Below are positions 39,914 to 52,943 of a DNA stretch of 64,000 nt, one piece after another (positions within the stretch are counted from its first letter, which is position 1; each line of letters opens with the position of its first letter). This stretch comes from Octopus vulgaris (Eukaryota): NCBI GenBank assembly GCA_951406725.2, contig OX597838.1:21638001-21702000 (forward strand), given 5' to 3'. Below the pieces are notes generated by a model. The model saw nothing but the letters and a program-made list of their open reading frames with translations, ran no database searches and was not told the DNA's origin. The translations under genes and the position numbers were made by a program.

Positions 39914-40469
39914 GCTGTTGTTGTTAATCATAATGTCACAGTGCCTCGGAATTTGGGGGTAAACGCCTGAAGCATTCATTCCAACGCTCTAAAAACAACG
40001 CCAATTTGCCATTAGAAATTTGGATCTGAAATTAACGAATTATAATGGAAAAAGATGCATAGAATTTGCAATGCCGTTGAATTGGTATTTGGTTATTATT
40101 GCCAAGTCCCTAAAACTCCCTTCCCCCCCACCCGCCAAGTACGTGATAATTATGCAGTGCACTATTTCATTCACCATTCCATTCAATCGTCAGCGTAATA
40201 TAACCTGGTGACTTTATTAAATTATATTTTTGATGAAGTGAGACGTTTCAGAAAAGACTAAAATGATTACAGTTTGGAAGAAAGTCGTGGAATTCTTTGT
40301 GCTTTTTTTTTTTCATAGAAAGTTATCTATGTATGTTTATATAAAGTTAATCCAAACATGAAAACACAAAGAGAAAACACAACAACGCGAGGACAGTGGA
40401 GCAAATATAGTATTATTGGATGCTCAGGAAGGAAGGGAAGAAGGAGTGTGTATCTGTCTGTCTCTCTTT

Positions 40470-40850
40470 ATATGTATGTATGTATGTATGTATGTATGCA
40501 TGTATGTATGTATGTATGTATGTATGCATGTATGTATGTATGTATGTATGTATGTATGTATGTATGTATGTATGTATGTATGTATGTATGCATGCATGCA
40601 TGTATGTATGTATGTATGTATGTATGTATGTATGCATGCATGCATGCATGTATGTATGTATGTATGTATGTATGTATGTATGTATGTATGTATGCATGCA
40701 TGCATGTATGTATGTATGTATGTATGCATGCATGCATGTATGTATGTATGTATGTATGTATGTATGTATGTATGTATGTATGCATGTATGTATGTATGCA
40801 TGCATGCATGTATGTATGTATGTATGTATGTATGTATGTATGTATGTACG
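40470..40850. repeat. (TATG)n microsatellite
   Basis: Directly visible. Confidence 0.95.
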
Positions 40851-41639
40851 TATAAGCACGTGTTAAACACATATTACATGGTCTTAAACTAATTTTGCCG
40901 GTAAATTTGAAACGTTTGTATTAATTTAGCATTAGAATTCTTCAAGCTGTAAAAAAAATAGTTATTCTCCGTACCATTCGAAAGAGAAATAAATTCTGCA
41001 TAAGGTGTAAAAGATGAAGATAATTTGTATGGTGTTAGTAACAAAATATTTTGTAAGAAACAGAACTTTTACTATCGGCCTTAAATTTATTTTCGCCAGT
41101 GTACATATATCACACCCTATCTCTCAATCTATCTACATACTATCTATTTGTAATTTTACGCAGTATGGCGCATTATTTAACAATTCTAATACAACACGCT
41201 TGTACTCTTGTTGGGATTGGGGTCAACAATAATCAACAGCTGTATTTTATTGAATTAAGGCGACTCATAATATCAACAAAAAATTTGTCATCCACTAAGC
41301 ATCGTTTGCTGTTATTCTAATTAATCATATAACGGGAGTGGTTAGTTAGAGAATCTCATAATAGTACATCTGTGGGGATCAAGTACAACGTGTATTCTGA
41401 TACTACTTGTTTCGAATTTAATTTTATCATCGTTATTAGTGTTGTACGATTGTTTCATTGTACTGATAACATCAAACAACCTGACGAAGTTCAAATTCGT
41501 GCAACAAAAATTACATACTCCATCAAGTAATAAATACCCTGATGTAATACCAGGCACTGGCTCACATGGTTTCTGATCTTAACTGATTGGAAGTGTTATC
41601 ATGTATATTTTTTTTTGGTCTAGGTACCACAGATTTGGA

Positions 41640-41795
41640 GGGAGGGGGACTAGTCGATTACATCGACTCTAGTGTTTATCGACCCCGAAGGGATGAAAGG
41701 CAAAGTCGACGTCGGCGGAATTTGAACGTGAAGACGGACGAAATACCGCTAAACATTTTGTCTGCCGTGCCAACAGTTCTGCCAGTTCACCGCCT
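41640..41795 (-). mobile_element. SINE family B, degenerate
   Basis: Reverse-complement match. Confidence 0.75.
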
Positions 41796-41806
41796 TGAAC
41801 AAGAAT

Positions 41807-41846
<40 letters not shown>

Positions 41847-41921
41847 GAAGAAGAAGAAGAAGAAGAAGAAGAAGAAGAAGAAGAAGAAGAAGAAGAAGAA
41901 GAAGAAGAAGAAGAAGAAGAA

Positions 41922-42316
41922 GAAGAGCACTCAGAGAGCCCAAACCTCCGCCAAGGCAACACCAACGTCCTCTCAACGATTAGCCAGAGATGATTTTTAA
42001 AATGAGAATATTTGAAATAAACTCGACTGCTCTCACAAATGAGAATAGTAAAAATGAACCCGACAGCTCTCAAAAATTAAGTAAAATAAAATTAAATGTA
42101 AAAAAAAAAGGTAAAATAAATAAATGAAAACAGGGAAAATAATCCAGAATCCTTGTTCGGTACCGGATCGATCCCCAAATCTAATCAGTTTATGCCAGTC
42201 ACGAGGCCAAACATCCCTGAAAGTTTTATTTGAACCTGAGACATCTTATCCACGGACAAACAAACAACAAATACGGCTGAAAAACAATACCTCCGCCTTA
42301 GCGAAGGCGGAGGTAA
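41922..42316. mobile_element. Non-autonomous Helentron/HINE-like element
   Basis: acctccgcc near the left end recurs in the terminal hairpin tacctccgcctt-agcg-aaggcggaggta (42288-42315). This sub-TIR plus palindrome layout is Helentron-like. Confidence 0.5.
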
Positions 42317-42353
42317 TCATAATAATAATAATAATAACAACAACAACAACAAC

Positions 42354-42401
<48 letters not shown>

Positions 42402-43474
42402 CGTTGTTATTGTAAGTAATGGGGTTGATTTGTTTGATTAAAACCCTTCAAGGTAGTGCCCCGGCATGACCGCAGTCAAATGGATGAAACAAGTAAAAGA
42501 TGGAAGATGAAAGATGTGTGTATACGTGTGTCTGTGTGTCTATGTGTGCATGCTGTGTGCATGTGCGTGTCTGTGTGTCTCTGTGTTTATTCCACACCGC
42601 TTGACAAATTGGTGTTTCTTTTGTATACAACCGTCTAACTTAATGGTTCAGCAAAAAGGACCGATAGATTAAGGACCAGGTTTAAAAATTAGAAAATTAT
42701 AAAAAATAAATACTGGCGGTTTGGGGCGGGGGTCGATTTATTCTGCTAAGACCCCCTTCAAAGTGCTACCCTGTCCCAGTATGGCGGCAGTTCAATGACT
42801 GAAACAAATAAAAGATTACAGACGAAACAAGAAGATCCATCTTTTGGTCTCCGAACAAAGAATTTAATGCGGAAATCCCCTTTTTTGTTCCTTTATTTAC
42901 AGCTGACCATATCAAAAGGGGTTACTTCCATGCACTTTATAATATTGATTCAAAATCTGAAGACAAAAAAAGAAAAGAAAAGAAAAGAAAATAACAAAAA
43001 AAGATAGACAAATGAACTCCCAAAATGCTAAACGTTAATTGGTTACAATGATGACGTGATTATTACGTCATCAATTCCTGCATAATCTGACTCGTGCTTA
43101 ATGTCACAAGACAAGCATGAAGTTTTAACAGAAATGGGTTTTTGTGCCTTATGGGGTTGTTCAAAGCAGCATCGCATATTAAATTACTTGTTTTGTATCT
43201 TACGGTTCAAAACGGTTGTTTGTTACTATTAAAATTATTATTATTATTATTGTTATTATTGTTATTATTATTATTATTATTATTATATTTTAGAAAACTG
43301 TGTCAGCGGGCGGTTTCAAGTTTCACCTGCTGCAAAGTGGTTCCCCGCCCTTACAACTCTAGGTTCTTTGTTTGGTTTGTTACGAGGTGTGGTTGTTTTG
43401 AAAAAATATACTGCACGCTGAAATTACTTTACTGAATTCGAAAGAAATCTGAAGTCTTTCTTTGCCTCTCAACT

Positions 43475-43516
<42 letters not shown>

Positions 43517-43534
43517 TTAGTGTGTATAGTCTTT

Positions 43535-43921
43535 AGTTGTTTCAGTCATTTGACTGTGGCCATGCTGGAGCACTGCCTTTAGTCGAGCAAATCGGCCCTA
43601 GAACTCATTCTATCGGTCTCTTTTGCCGAACCGCTAAGTTACGGGGACGCAGACACACCAGCATCGGTTGTCAAGCAATGTTGGTGGTGGTGTGGGGGGG
43701 GGGACAAACACAGACACACAAACGTATACACACATACATACATATATACATATATATACGACGGGCTTCTTTCAGTTTCCGTCTACCAAATCCACTCACA
43801 AAGCTTTAGTCGACCCGGGGCTTTAGTAGAAGACACTTGCCAAAGGTGCCACGCAATGGGACTGAACCCGGAACCATGTGGTTGGTAAGAAAGCTACATG
43901 CTACACACCCACTCCTACGCC
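43535..43921 (-). mobile_element. SINE family A, near full length
   Basis: Reverse-complement match. Confidence 0.9.
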
Positions 43922-43927
43922 TATATG

Positions 43928-44000
<73 letters not shown>

Positions 44001-44011
44001 CTATCTATCTA

Positions 44012-44085
<74 letters not shown>

Positions 44086-44375
44086 GAAGTGGAAACTAGT
44101 TGCCCGCCAGATGTCAGCATAACGCCAAAGCTGAGTGTAAAAGAAAGACCCACGCTGGAGTATCGAGAAATTCACTGTTACTCTACCCGGATTACAAGTT
44201 GAGATTTATACCACCAATTATTGGGGTACAAGTGTATGTAACAAACCGCCTAAGCACCAATGCTGAGAAAGTAGGCTTATCAAAACCAGAGAGGAGAATA
44301 CTAATTAGATTACCGTTTCAAGCCATCGACGGAAGTGTGAAAGTTTTGTAAAGCTTTCGGGTTTGATAAAATAAG
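44086..44375 (+). pseudogene. R4/Dong-type LINE restriction-like endonuclease C-terminal remnant
   Basis: [11 protein letters not shown]...LLYPDYKLRFIPPIIG...G.VKV. Frameshifted and homologous to 61426-61745. Confidence 0.6.
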
Positions 44376-44959
44376 CGTCAGTTGATGTGTATGTATGTTG
44401 ATGCGTATGTATGTATGTATGTATTTATGTACGTATATATTATGTATGTATGTATGTATGTATGTATTTATGTGTATGTGTATATATGTATATATATGTA
44501 TATATATGTATGTGTGTATGTATGTATATGTGTATGTACATATGTGTATATGTGTGTACGTACGTACGCATGTATGTATGTATGTATGTATGTATGTATG
44601 TACGTACGTACGTATGTATGCATGTATGTATGTATGTATGTATGTACGTACGTACGTATGTATGTATGTACGTACATACGTATGTATGTACGTATGTATG
44701 TCCGTACGTACGTATGTATATATATATGTGTGTACGTATGTATGTATGTATGTTTGTATGTATGTATGTATGTATGTATGTATGTATGTATGTATGTACG
44801 AGTGGAATTTAACAACATTGAGAAGCGGATACCAGTTGCCCGCCAAATGTCGAAGTCAGTTTAATCGACTCATGGCCATCCCCACGAAATCACTGGCCAA
44901 AATTTGAAACCATGATTGTTATCATGGTCAACTTGTTGTTATGGCCAACTTTGCTCAGG

Positions 44960-45300
44960 TCAACTTCGCCCAGGTCAACTTTACCTTTCATCCTTTCAGG
45001 GTCGAAAAAACAAGTACCTGTTGAGTAATGGGGTCCTCTAAAATTTCAGGTCGTGTGGCTTTAATAGAAAGGATTATCATTATTGGCGCGCTGGCAGAAT
45101 TGTTAGCGTGCTGGACGAAATGCTTAGCGGCATTTCGCCCATCGATACGTACTGAGTTCAAATCCTGCCGGGGATGACTTTACCTTTCATCTTTTCGGGG
45201 TCGATAAATCAAGAATCGGTTACGCAATGTGGTCGATGTGGTCGTCTAGCCCCCTCTCCCAAAATTTCGGGCCTTGTTCCTTAAGGAGAAAGGATTATTA
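44960..45300 (+). mobile_element. Two degenerate SINE family B copies
   Basis: Partial copy at 44960-45075 and a fuller copy at 45084-45300. Confidence 0.7.
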
Positions 45301-45830
45301 TTATTGTCTGAAAGAGCAGCGCATGCCATCACACTGACACTGGGGTACAAATATACGAATCTCAATATACCCGTCAAATACCCACCATAACCACCACCAT
45401 CACCACCACCACCACCACCACCACCACCACCACCACCTCCACCACCACCACCACTACCACCACCATCATCATCGTCATCCTCATTATTGAATCTGCTAAA
45501 ATCATTATTATTCTACAAGACAAAAGTGTTGACCTAAGGAGCCCTAAATTAATGTCTGCTAAATTGATATTATTTGCTAAATCGTTTGTAGTTTCTCACA
45601 GACATATTACATACATCATACATAGACCTCACACAGAAAAAAAAAGAAACTTCTCCCTCTCCTTCTTTCTCTCTCTCTATCTATCACTCTCTCTCTCTCT
45701 CTCTCACGCACACACACAGACACAAACACATACACACCCGCACACACCCGCATATATATATTAGTATATCTGTGTGTCTGTGTATGTGTATATATATGTG
45801 TGTGTGTATGTGTGTGTGTGTGTGTGTGTG

Positions 45831-45871
<41 letters not shown>

Positions 45872-45879
<8 letters not shown>

Positions 45880-46020
45880 TAAGTAGCTTGTTTAACAATC
45901 ACATGGTGCCGGGTTCAATCTCACTGCGTGGAACCTTGGGCAAGTGTCTTCTACTGTAGCCTCGGGCCGACCAAAGCCTTGTGAGTGGATCTGGTAGACG
46001 GAAACTGAAAGAAGCTCGTC

Positions 46021-46090
<70 letters not shown>

Positions 46091-46330
46091 ATGTGTGTGT
46101 CTGTGTGTGTGTGTGTATGTGTATGTGTTTGTCCCCCCACCATCGCTTGACAACCGATGCTGGTGTGTTTATGTCACCGTAACTTATCGGATCGGTAAAA
46201 AGTGAATAAGTACTAGTCTTACAAAGAATAAGTCCTGGGATCTATTTGTACGACTAAAGGCGATGCTCCAGCATGGCCGCAATCAAATGACCGAAAGAAG
46301 TAAAAAGAATAAAAGAATAAAAGAATGAAA
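45872..46330 (+). mobile_element. SINE family A
   Basis: Match to other copies. Confidence 0.85.
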
Positions 46331-46444
46331 GAATATGTATGTGTGTATGTATGTATATGAACACAAGTGAACATATATTCAATTTTATTTAAACTTAATT
46401 TAACTAACGATCGTTTTATTATTTCCAAGAATATTCCTTTCACA

Positions 46445-46795
46445 ACAATGAGGGTCGAAAACCACGTTCGTGTGTGTCATGTCATGCTTTATCATTTTTG
46501 AGAAAGGTCATACTGGCTTCGAGAAAGGTCATACTGGAAGATGGTACCAACGTTTGAAATCCGCAACACAAGCATAGAAGATAAGGACGGAAGACGTTGC
46601 TCATTTGGTTTTGAGGATTAAGCTCCTTCGCAAGCAGTGGAAGAAGACGAACGTTTAAAGACACGGATGTTGGCTCAACAAATTCGACGTTGACCATTCC
46701 ACCATTGTTAGGTGACTCAAAAGGCTTGGGAAATTATGGAAAGTACTTGGATGGGTCCCGCATGAGGTCTTCGATCACAATAAGGTCGAGCGAGG
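46445..46795 (+). pseudogene. Degraded mariner transposase N-terminus
   Basis: HVMLYHF.KGH...RWYQRLK..., DVDHSTIVR*LKRLGK, and the GWVPHE linker motif. Contains frameshifts. Confidence 0.7.
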
Positions 46796-47426
46796 CGGCA
46801 TTATTAACGAACTGCTTCAGCGAAATAAGCAAAACCAGTTTCTCCGCTTTCCTGTTACCGGTGATGAAACACCTAGCTAAAAAAGCTGAAAAAGTTTTCC
46901 CGCGACAAATTCTCATATAATCGTAATCTATACCATCTGAAATGTATCTGCAGAAAATTTCATTAAAAAATATTCATTTTCCATAAAGTTATGGGGTACT
47001 AAGTCGGCAGGGCACAAATCCATGGTTGGTGCCCTAAATTGATGTAGTGTTCGAGTGAGAACTATTAGACGAATAAAGGATACAAAAGAAAATTAAATGT
47101 AACAGAGAAGAATTGCTCAAATTGGAAATGAGATGTGCAAATAAAACCCAGTGAAAACCGCCCGGAGGGCTGTCGTTCTGCTTGTCTAAATAATATTAGG
47201 AAACTGAAAATCTACGTGACTGATGCTTTGATTCACATTATTTCAAAATGATTTTCGTTTCGGTGAATGTTAACGCATGAATAGGGTAAAAATCAAAAAT
47301 AAATTAATTAACTTTCCGGTATATGAGTAAGACACTGCGTGGGTGAGAGGAGAACTACTTCAATTAGACATAATGAGTCATAGATGGAGCCTCTAACAGG
47401 TCGTTCGAATTGTTCAGAGTAACAGC

Positions 47427-47473
<47 letters not shown>

Positions 47474-47479
47474 TATATA

Positions 47480-47642
47480 AGACGGGCTTCTTTCAGTTTC
47501 CATATAGCAAATCCACTCACAAGGCTTTGGTCGGCCCGAGGCTATTGTAGAGGACACTTGCCCAAGGAGCCACGCAGTTGGTCGGAACCCGGGACCATGT
47601 GTTTGGGAAGCAAGCTACTTACCACACGGCCACTCTTGCACC

Positions 47643-47690
<48 letters not shown>

Positions 47691-47850
47691 TGTATTTATG
47701 TGTGCGTGTGTGTTTGTCCCCTACCATCACTTGACAATCGATGTTGGTGTATTTACGTCCACATAACCTAGCGGTTCGGCAAAATATATCGATAGAGTAA
47801 GTACTAGCTTACAAAGAATAAGTCCTGGGATCGATTTCTTCGACTAAAAA
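47480..47850. mobile_element. SINE family A with inverted 5' half
   Basis: Head on the - strand (47480-47643) and 3' half on the + strand (47700-47850). Confidence 0.75.
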
Positions 47851-47911
47851 TTCTTAGAAATTTTTTATATATCATATAGAATTAATGCATCTATGTATGT
47901 ATATTGTATAC

Positions 47912-48144
47912 CTGTTTCTTTATTACCCACAAGGGGCTAAACATAGAGGGGACAAACAAGGACAGACAAACGGATTAAGTCGATTACATCGACCCCAGTG
48001 CGTAATTGGTACTTAATTTATCGACCCCGAAAGGATGAAAGGCAAAGTCGACCTCGGAGGAATTTGAACTCAGAACGTAACGGCAGACGAAATACGACTA
48101 CGCATTTCGCCCGGCTTGCTAACGATTCTGCCAGCTCGCCGCCT
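47912..48144 (-). mobile_element. SINE family B, full length
   Basis: Reverse complement of the 8521 copy. Confidence 0.9.
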
Positions 48145-48275
48145 TCATCGTGTACCATGGAGAATTTGGTTAATATGGATTGAATAAAAATATACATCGA
48201 CCTTTGAATTTGTCTTCTTAATTTTTTTTATATACATATGGAAAAAACAAATCAAGGTAGAAAATACTAAAATAA

Positions 48276-48317
48276 TTTCAGTACCGGTTTCAGTCATTGA
48301 GACTTTTTCAACTGTAA
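48276..48317 (-). ncRNA. Type I hammerhead, U3-A8 core variant (related to 37917)
   Basis: Minus strand: ttacag-TTGAAAA-agtc-tcaat-gact-GAAA-ccgg-TA-ctgaaa. Confidence 0.65.
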
Positions 48318-48933
48318 GTATGAAAAACAATTAAAGAAGTAAGTATGGAAAAATTAAAAGAAAAGTATTTTTAAAAGAATATTTGCATAATATTCAAATA
48401 CAAGGAGCATTTTCCTTGTTTCTGCCTGTCTCTGCCTTTTCAAGATATATATATATATATATATCTTATTATCTTATTATAAAAGGCAGATTTTATCTGC
48501 CTCCCTTTGTATCTTATAGAAATCTACAATATAGGATTTCTTCAATTACAATTTACCTAGCATTTTTAAGAGTAGAATGCATCGGGTCGTGCCAGGTCCA
48601 GTTTTTAAAATTTCAACCCCAATTAAGCAAAATTTAGAGAAAACTCACATTGTGGTGTATAAGTCAAATGCTTTTCTTAGTGTGGCCTACACCACACGCA
48701 CACGCACACACACAGTGTGCAACGAATAAAGTGAAAGTAATTCACTTTTTGTACTGAGTGACTCCTTTCACTCTGCATTCCCACTTCCTCTTTACACACA
48801 TAGACACGCAAATATATAAATAAAATTGTAAGCTAACGTTTGTGTTCGCGTGTGTGTGAATGTGTGTGTGTGTGTGTGTGTGTGTGCGGGTGCGTGTGTG
48901 TGTGTATGTGCGTGTGCGTGAGTGTGTGACAGG

Positions 48934-49610
48934 AAAGTTTTTTAGGACGAATATAAGACCTATATCCAAGTAGCAGAAACATCGCCCAAAAGTGTATATA
49001 GATATTTAAATGTATTTATATATTCATCTATACACAGATGTATGTATAATGTGTGTGTATATATTTCCATAGAGGTAACCTTTCACTCCATACAAAGATT
49101 TTTAGGACGAATATAAGATCTAAAGTATATACAAGTAGCAGAAAGATCGCCCAAAAGTGTATATAGTTATTTCAATGTATTTATATATTCATCTATATGC
49201 AGATGTATGTATAATGTGTGTGTATATATTTCCATAGACGTAACCACTCACTCCGCACAAAGTTTTTTAGGACGAAAATAAGATCTAAAGTTATCTCTAA
49301 GTAGCACAAAGATCGCCCAAAAGTGTATATAGATATATAAATGTATTTATATATTCATCTATGCACACATGCATGTATAACGTGTGTGTATATATTTCCA
49401 TAGAGGTAACCATTCACTCCATACAAAGTTTTTTAGGACGAAAATAAGATCTAAAGTTATCTCTAAGAAACAGAAAGATCGCCCAAAAGTGTATATAGAT
49501 ATTTAAATGTATTTATATATTCATCTATACACACATGTATGTATAATGTGCGTGTATATATTTCCATAGAGGTAACCATTCAATCCATACAAAGTTTTTT
49601 AGGACGAAAA
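48934..49610. repeat. ~165-bp tandem repeat, 4 copies
   Basis: taggacgaa recurs at 48943, 49103, 49268, 49434 and 49600. Confidence 0.9.
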
Positions 49611-49844
49611 TATTTATATATAAAAGAAAGGTTGTGTGTCTGTCTACTCCGATTTAGATTCCTAACTACTCCCACATTTTGCGATGCAGTTTAACCAAAA
49701 CCGGGTATCTTATAGTCGTGATTCATATCGAGCCCTTCTGGGTATTAGCGCGCGTCTACGATGAGTCTATGATTTTACAAATAATTTACCATCATTTTTT
49801 TCCATTTTAATGCATATTTTTTAAATAAAGGGAAGTAACTCTCA

Positions 49845-50350
49845 AACTTCACACCAATATGCGTGCTCATATGCGACGTAATATCACATCAGCAGCATTT
49901 CCTCACACCCTCCTTGCACTTGGCGAAGGCAAAATACCATGGGATGAAAATGGTAATATTGCCATCGATTCCATTTGTACCATTGTTAAGACGCCTTCTG
50001 ATCTCAGAGATGCAGTGTTCCCAGATCTACAAGCTAATTATCAGAATATGGATTGGATTGGCAAAAAGGCTATACTGGCCCCGGGGAATAAAACTGTTCA
50101 CCATATTAATGATGAAATGCTAAAACTCATTCCTGGGGAGGTCTATGTATATCAGTCTATCGATACAACTCCTGACCCAGAGGACGTCATCAACTATCCA
50201 ATAGAGGTACTCAATTCCTTTGAGCACCCCGGACTACCACCACACTTTCTCAAACTTAAAGTTGGTGCCCCTATAATGCTCATCAGAAATTTGGTTCCCC
50301 CAAAACAATGCAATGGCACACGTTTGATCGTTAAGTTCTTATCTCCCTCC
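49845..50350 (+). pseudogene. Helitron Rep/Hel Pif1-family helicase fragment
   Basis: NMR...LLALGEG...AILAPGN..V..IN...YPIEVLNS...GLPPHFLKLKVGAPIMLIRNL.PP..CNGTRL. Confidence 0.9.
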
Positions 50351-50648
50351 GTGAACTTATATCAATATTTGCCTGAATAATCATCATAATTCAGTGCAAT
50401 CATTAACAGTACTTTCAAGCAATTCAGCCCCGAGAAACGCCGGGCAATTCTGCTAGTATATATATATATAAAGTCCCTTGCTATTTTATATTCAATATTT
50501 CATCTCTTCTATAAGACAATCAATACTTCATTTCATTTTGTTATATATATATATATATATATATATTATTTATACTATATATTGTATATTCTACATTAAT
50601 ATTATAAAGAATATAAATAAAACATAAAAAACAGAGTTGGAATTCCTT

Positions 50649-50753
<105 letters not shown>

Positions 50754-50756
50754 GGG

Positions 50757-51097
50757 GGTAAAGACCCCCTTTGGTCATGAATGACCATGGGATTGCACCT
50801 AGAAAGTTATCCTCCTAGACACAAGTCCGGGCAAGGTTGTTTATGGAAGGCCAGCAGTCGCCCATGCATAGCCAGCCTCCCCATCTCCACGCCACCAGTG
50901 TTATCCAAGGGAAAGACAAAGGTCGATACAGCTTGGCACCTGTGACGTCGCAGCTCATTTCTACAGCTGAGTGAACTGGAGCAACGTGAAATAAAGTGCC
51001 TTGCTCGAGAACACAACGCGCAGTCCGGTCCGGGATTCGAGCTCACAACCCCACGATCGTAAGCTCGACGCTCTAACCACTGAGCCATGCGCCTTCA
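50757..51097 (-). mobile_element. tRNA-derived SINE family D
   Basis: Minus strand ggcgcatggctcagtggttagagcg...gctcgaatcccg gives A and B boxes. Confidence 0.75.
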
Positions 51098-51100
51098 TGT

Positions 51101-51134
<34 letters not shown>

Positions 51135-51253
51135 CAAGTCTACCAAATTAATCCACTCACAAGGCCCAAGGCTACAGCGGTAGACACTTGCCGTAGGTCG
51201 GACTGAACCTGGAACTATGTGGTTAAGGAAGTTAGTTTCTTACCACACACCCA

Positions 51254-51284
<31 letters not shown>

Positions 51285-51584
51285 GTGTGTGTGTATGTGT
51301 GTGTCTGTGCGTGCGTGCGTGTGTACGCGCGCTGATTAATCACGAATTATCAGCAATGCACCGACAATTATTTTCCTGTTGTCGTAGAAATTAAGTCACG
51401 TGATCGGCCCCTTGATAATTACAGTGCTGGTTTCACTGTAGTTCTTGTTGTTGTTCTTGTTGCTGTAGTCGTCATCCTTATATTAAACCAGGAGGGAAAA
51501 AAACCGTTGGTGATTACATCATTGGGAAAAGCCCCACGGATAATTTGGTCATTTATTTCCTCTTCCATGAATAATAATCCTAGT

Positions 51585-51947
51585 TAGTGACGGACCGGTC
51601 AGGTTGCCTGTTTGGCCGATGGCAAGTGGGCCCCTGTGCCATTGGAATTCATATACGAGGGCCCATGTCAGTATCTAAGAGGCCATACCCGCAAGTTTGA
51701 GAATATTTTATTCACTCCTGCATTAATTATTTCAGCCTGGCTCTGTTTGTAGACAGTTGAAAAGAATACTGGCTACAAAAAAAAAGGAGTGGCTGTGTGG
51801 TAAGTAGCTTGCTAACCAACCACATGGTTCCGGGTTCAGTCCCACTGCGTGGCATCTTGGGCAAGTGTCTTCTGCTATAGCCCCGGGTCGACCAATGCTT
51901 TGTGAGTGGATTTGGTAGAAACTGAAAGAAGCCTGTCGTATATATGC

Positions 51948-51981
<34 letters not shown>

Positions 51982-52281
51982 TTGTGTGTCTGTGTTTGTC
52001 CCCAAGCATTGCTTGACAACTGATGTGTTTACGTCCCCGTCACTTAGCGGTTCGGCAAAAGAGACCGATAGAATAAGTACTGGGCTTACAAAGAATAAGT
52101 CCCAGTGTCAGTTTGCTCGACTAAATGCGGTGCTCCAGCATGGCCGTAGTCAAATGACTGAAACAGGTAAAAGAGTAAAAGAGTAAAAGAGAGAGTAGTT
52201 GCGGGTGGGCACCTTTGTAGTTGTTGGTGGGACCCCCTTAGTCTCTTGGCAACCAATATATTTAGGCCCGGTCCGCCACTG
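51585..52281. mobile_element. Candidate hAT-type MITE with nested SINE A (51786-52190, +)
   Basis: Ends tagtgacggaccgg / ccggtccgccactg, with a degenerate 8-bp flank match atcctagt/gttttagt. The nested SINE itself is clear. Confidence 0.45.
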
Positions 52282-52943
52282 GTTTTAGTTGTCCTCCCAT
52301 CAGCACAGGATGTGCCCTGCTGCTCATTCATGATGCGTGACACTTGCGCAAGCATTTAACACGTGGTTAAGCCGTCCTTGCACATTCTGTGGCGATTTGG
52401 TAGTCGTTGGGAGTCTCGGTTAGAACGCTTTGTAGAATTCATTCTGGCTCTCTTGTATCTGCGTTCGAATACCGCTCAAGTTAACTCTGCAAATCCTGCT
52501 TTTGAGCTCTATAAATAATGTACAGGGGGTAGGCGATTCTTACCCTCCTCTTCAATAGAATTCTCCCTCTCTCTCCCTCCAACCCTAACTCTCTCTCTCT
52601 CTCTCTCTCTTCGTCTAACTATTAGCCTCTCTCTTATTTCCTCTAAACCTAACATTCTCTCTTTCTAACCCTAACTTCACTATCTCTCGCTCGCTTTCTC
52701 CCCCCAAACTGTTGCTCTCTCACCCTAACACAGACACACTCTCTCTTTCTCCCTGTCTCTGTCGCTTTCTCCCTAACACACACACACACACACACACGTG
52801 TCTGTGGAGTATTCAGCCACTTGCACGTTAATTTCACGAGCTGGCCGTTCCGTTGATCGGATCAAATGGAACCCTCCTCGTTGTAACTGTTTAAGTTTAG
52901 AAATAGTTCTTTTCAGTTCTATACTTAAGAGATAAGGAATTAT

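Larger units (their letters stand above)
48472..50456 (+). mobile_element. Compound Helitron with internal tandem array and Pif1 helicase fragment
   Basis: 5' TCttattataaaagg, a second Helitron-type 5' end at ~49611, and 3' hairpin cccgagaaacgccggg then CTAG|T. Confidence 0.85.

Noticed and set aside
49859-50380. Host PIF1 gene
   Set aside because: An intronless internal fragment bounded by Helitron termini, so it is transposon-derived.
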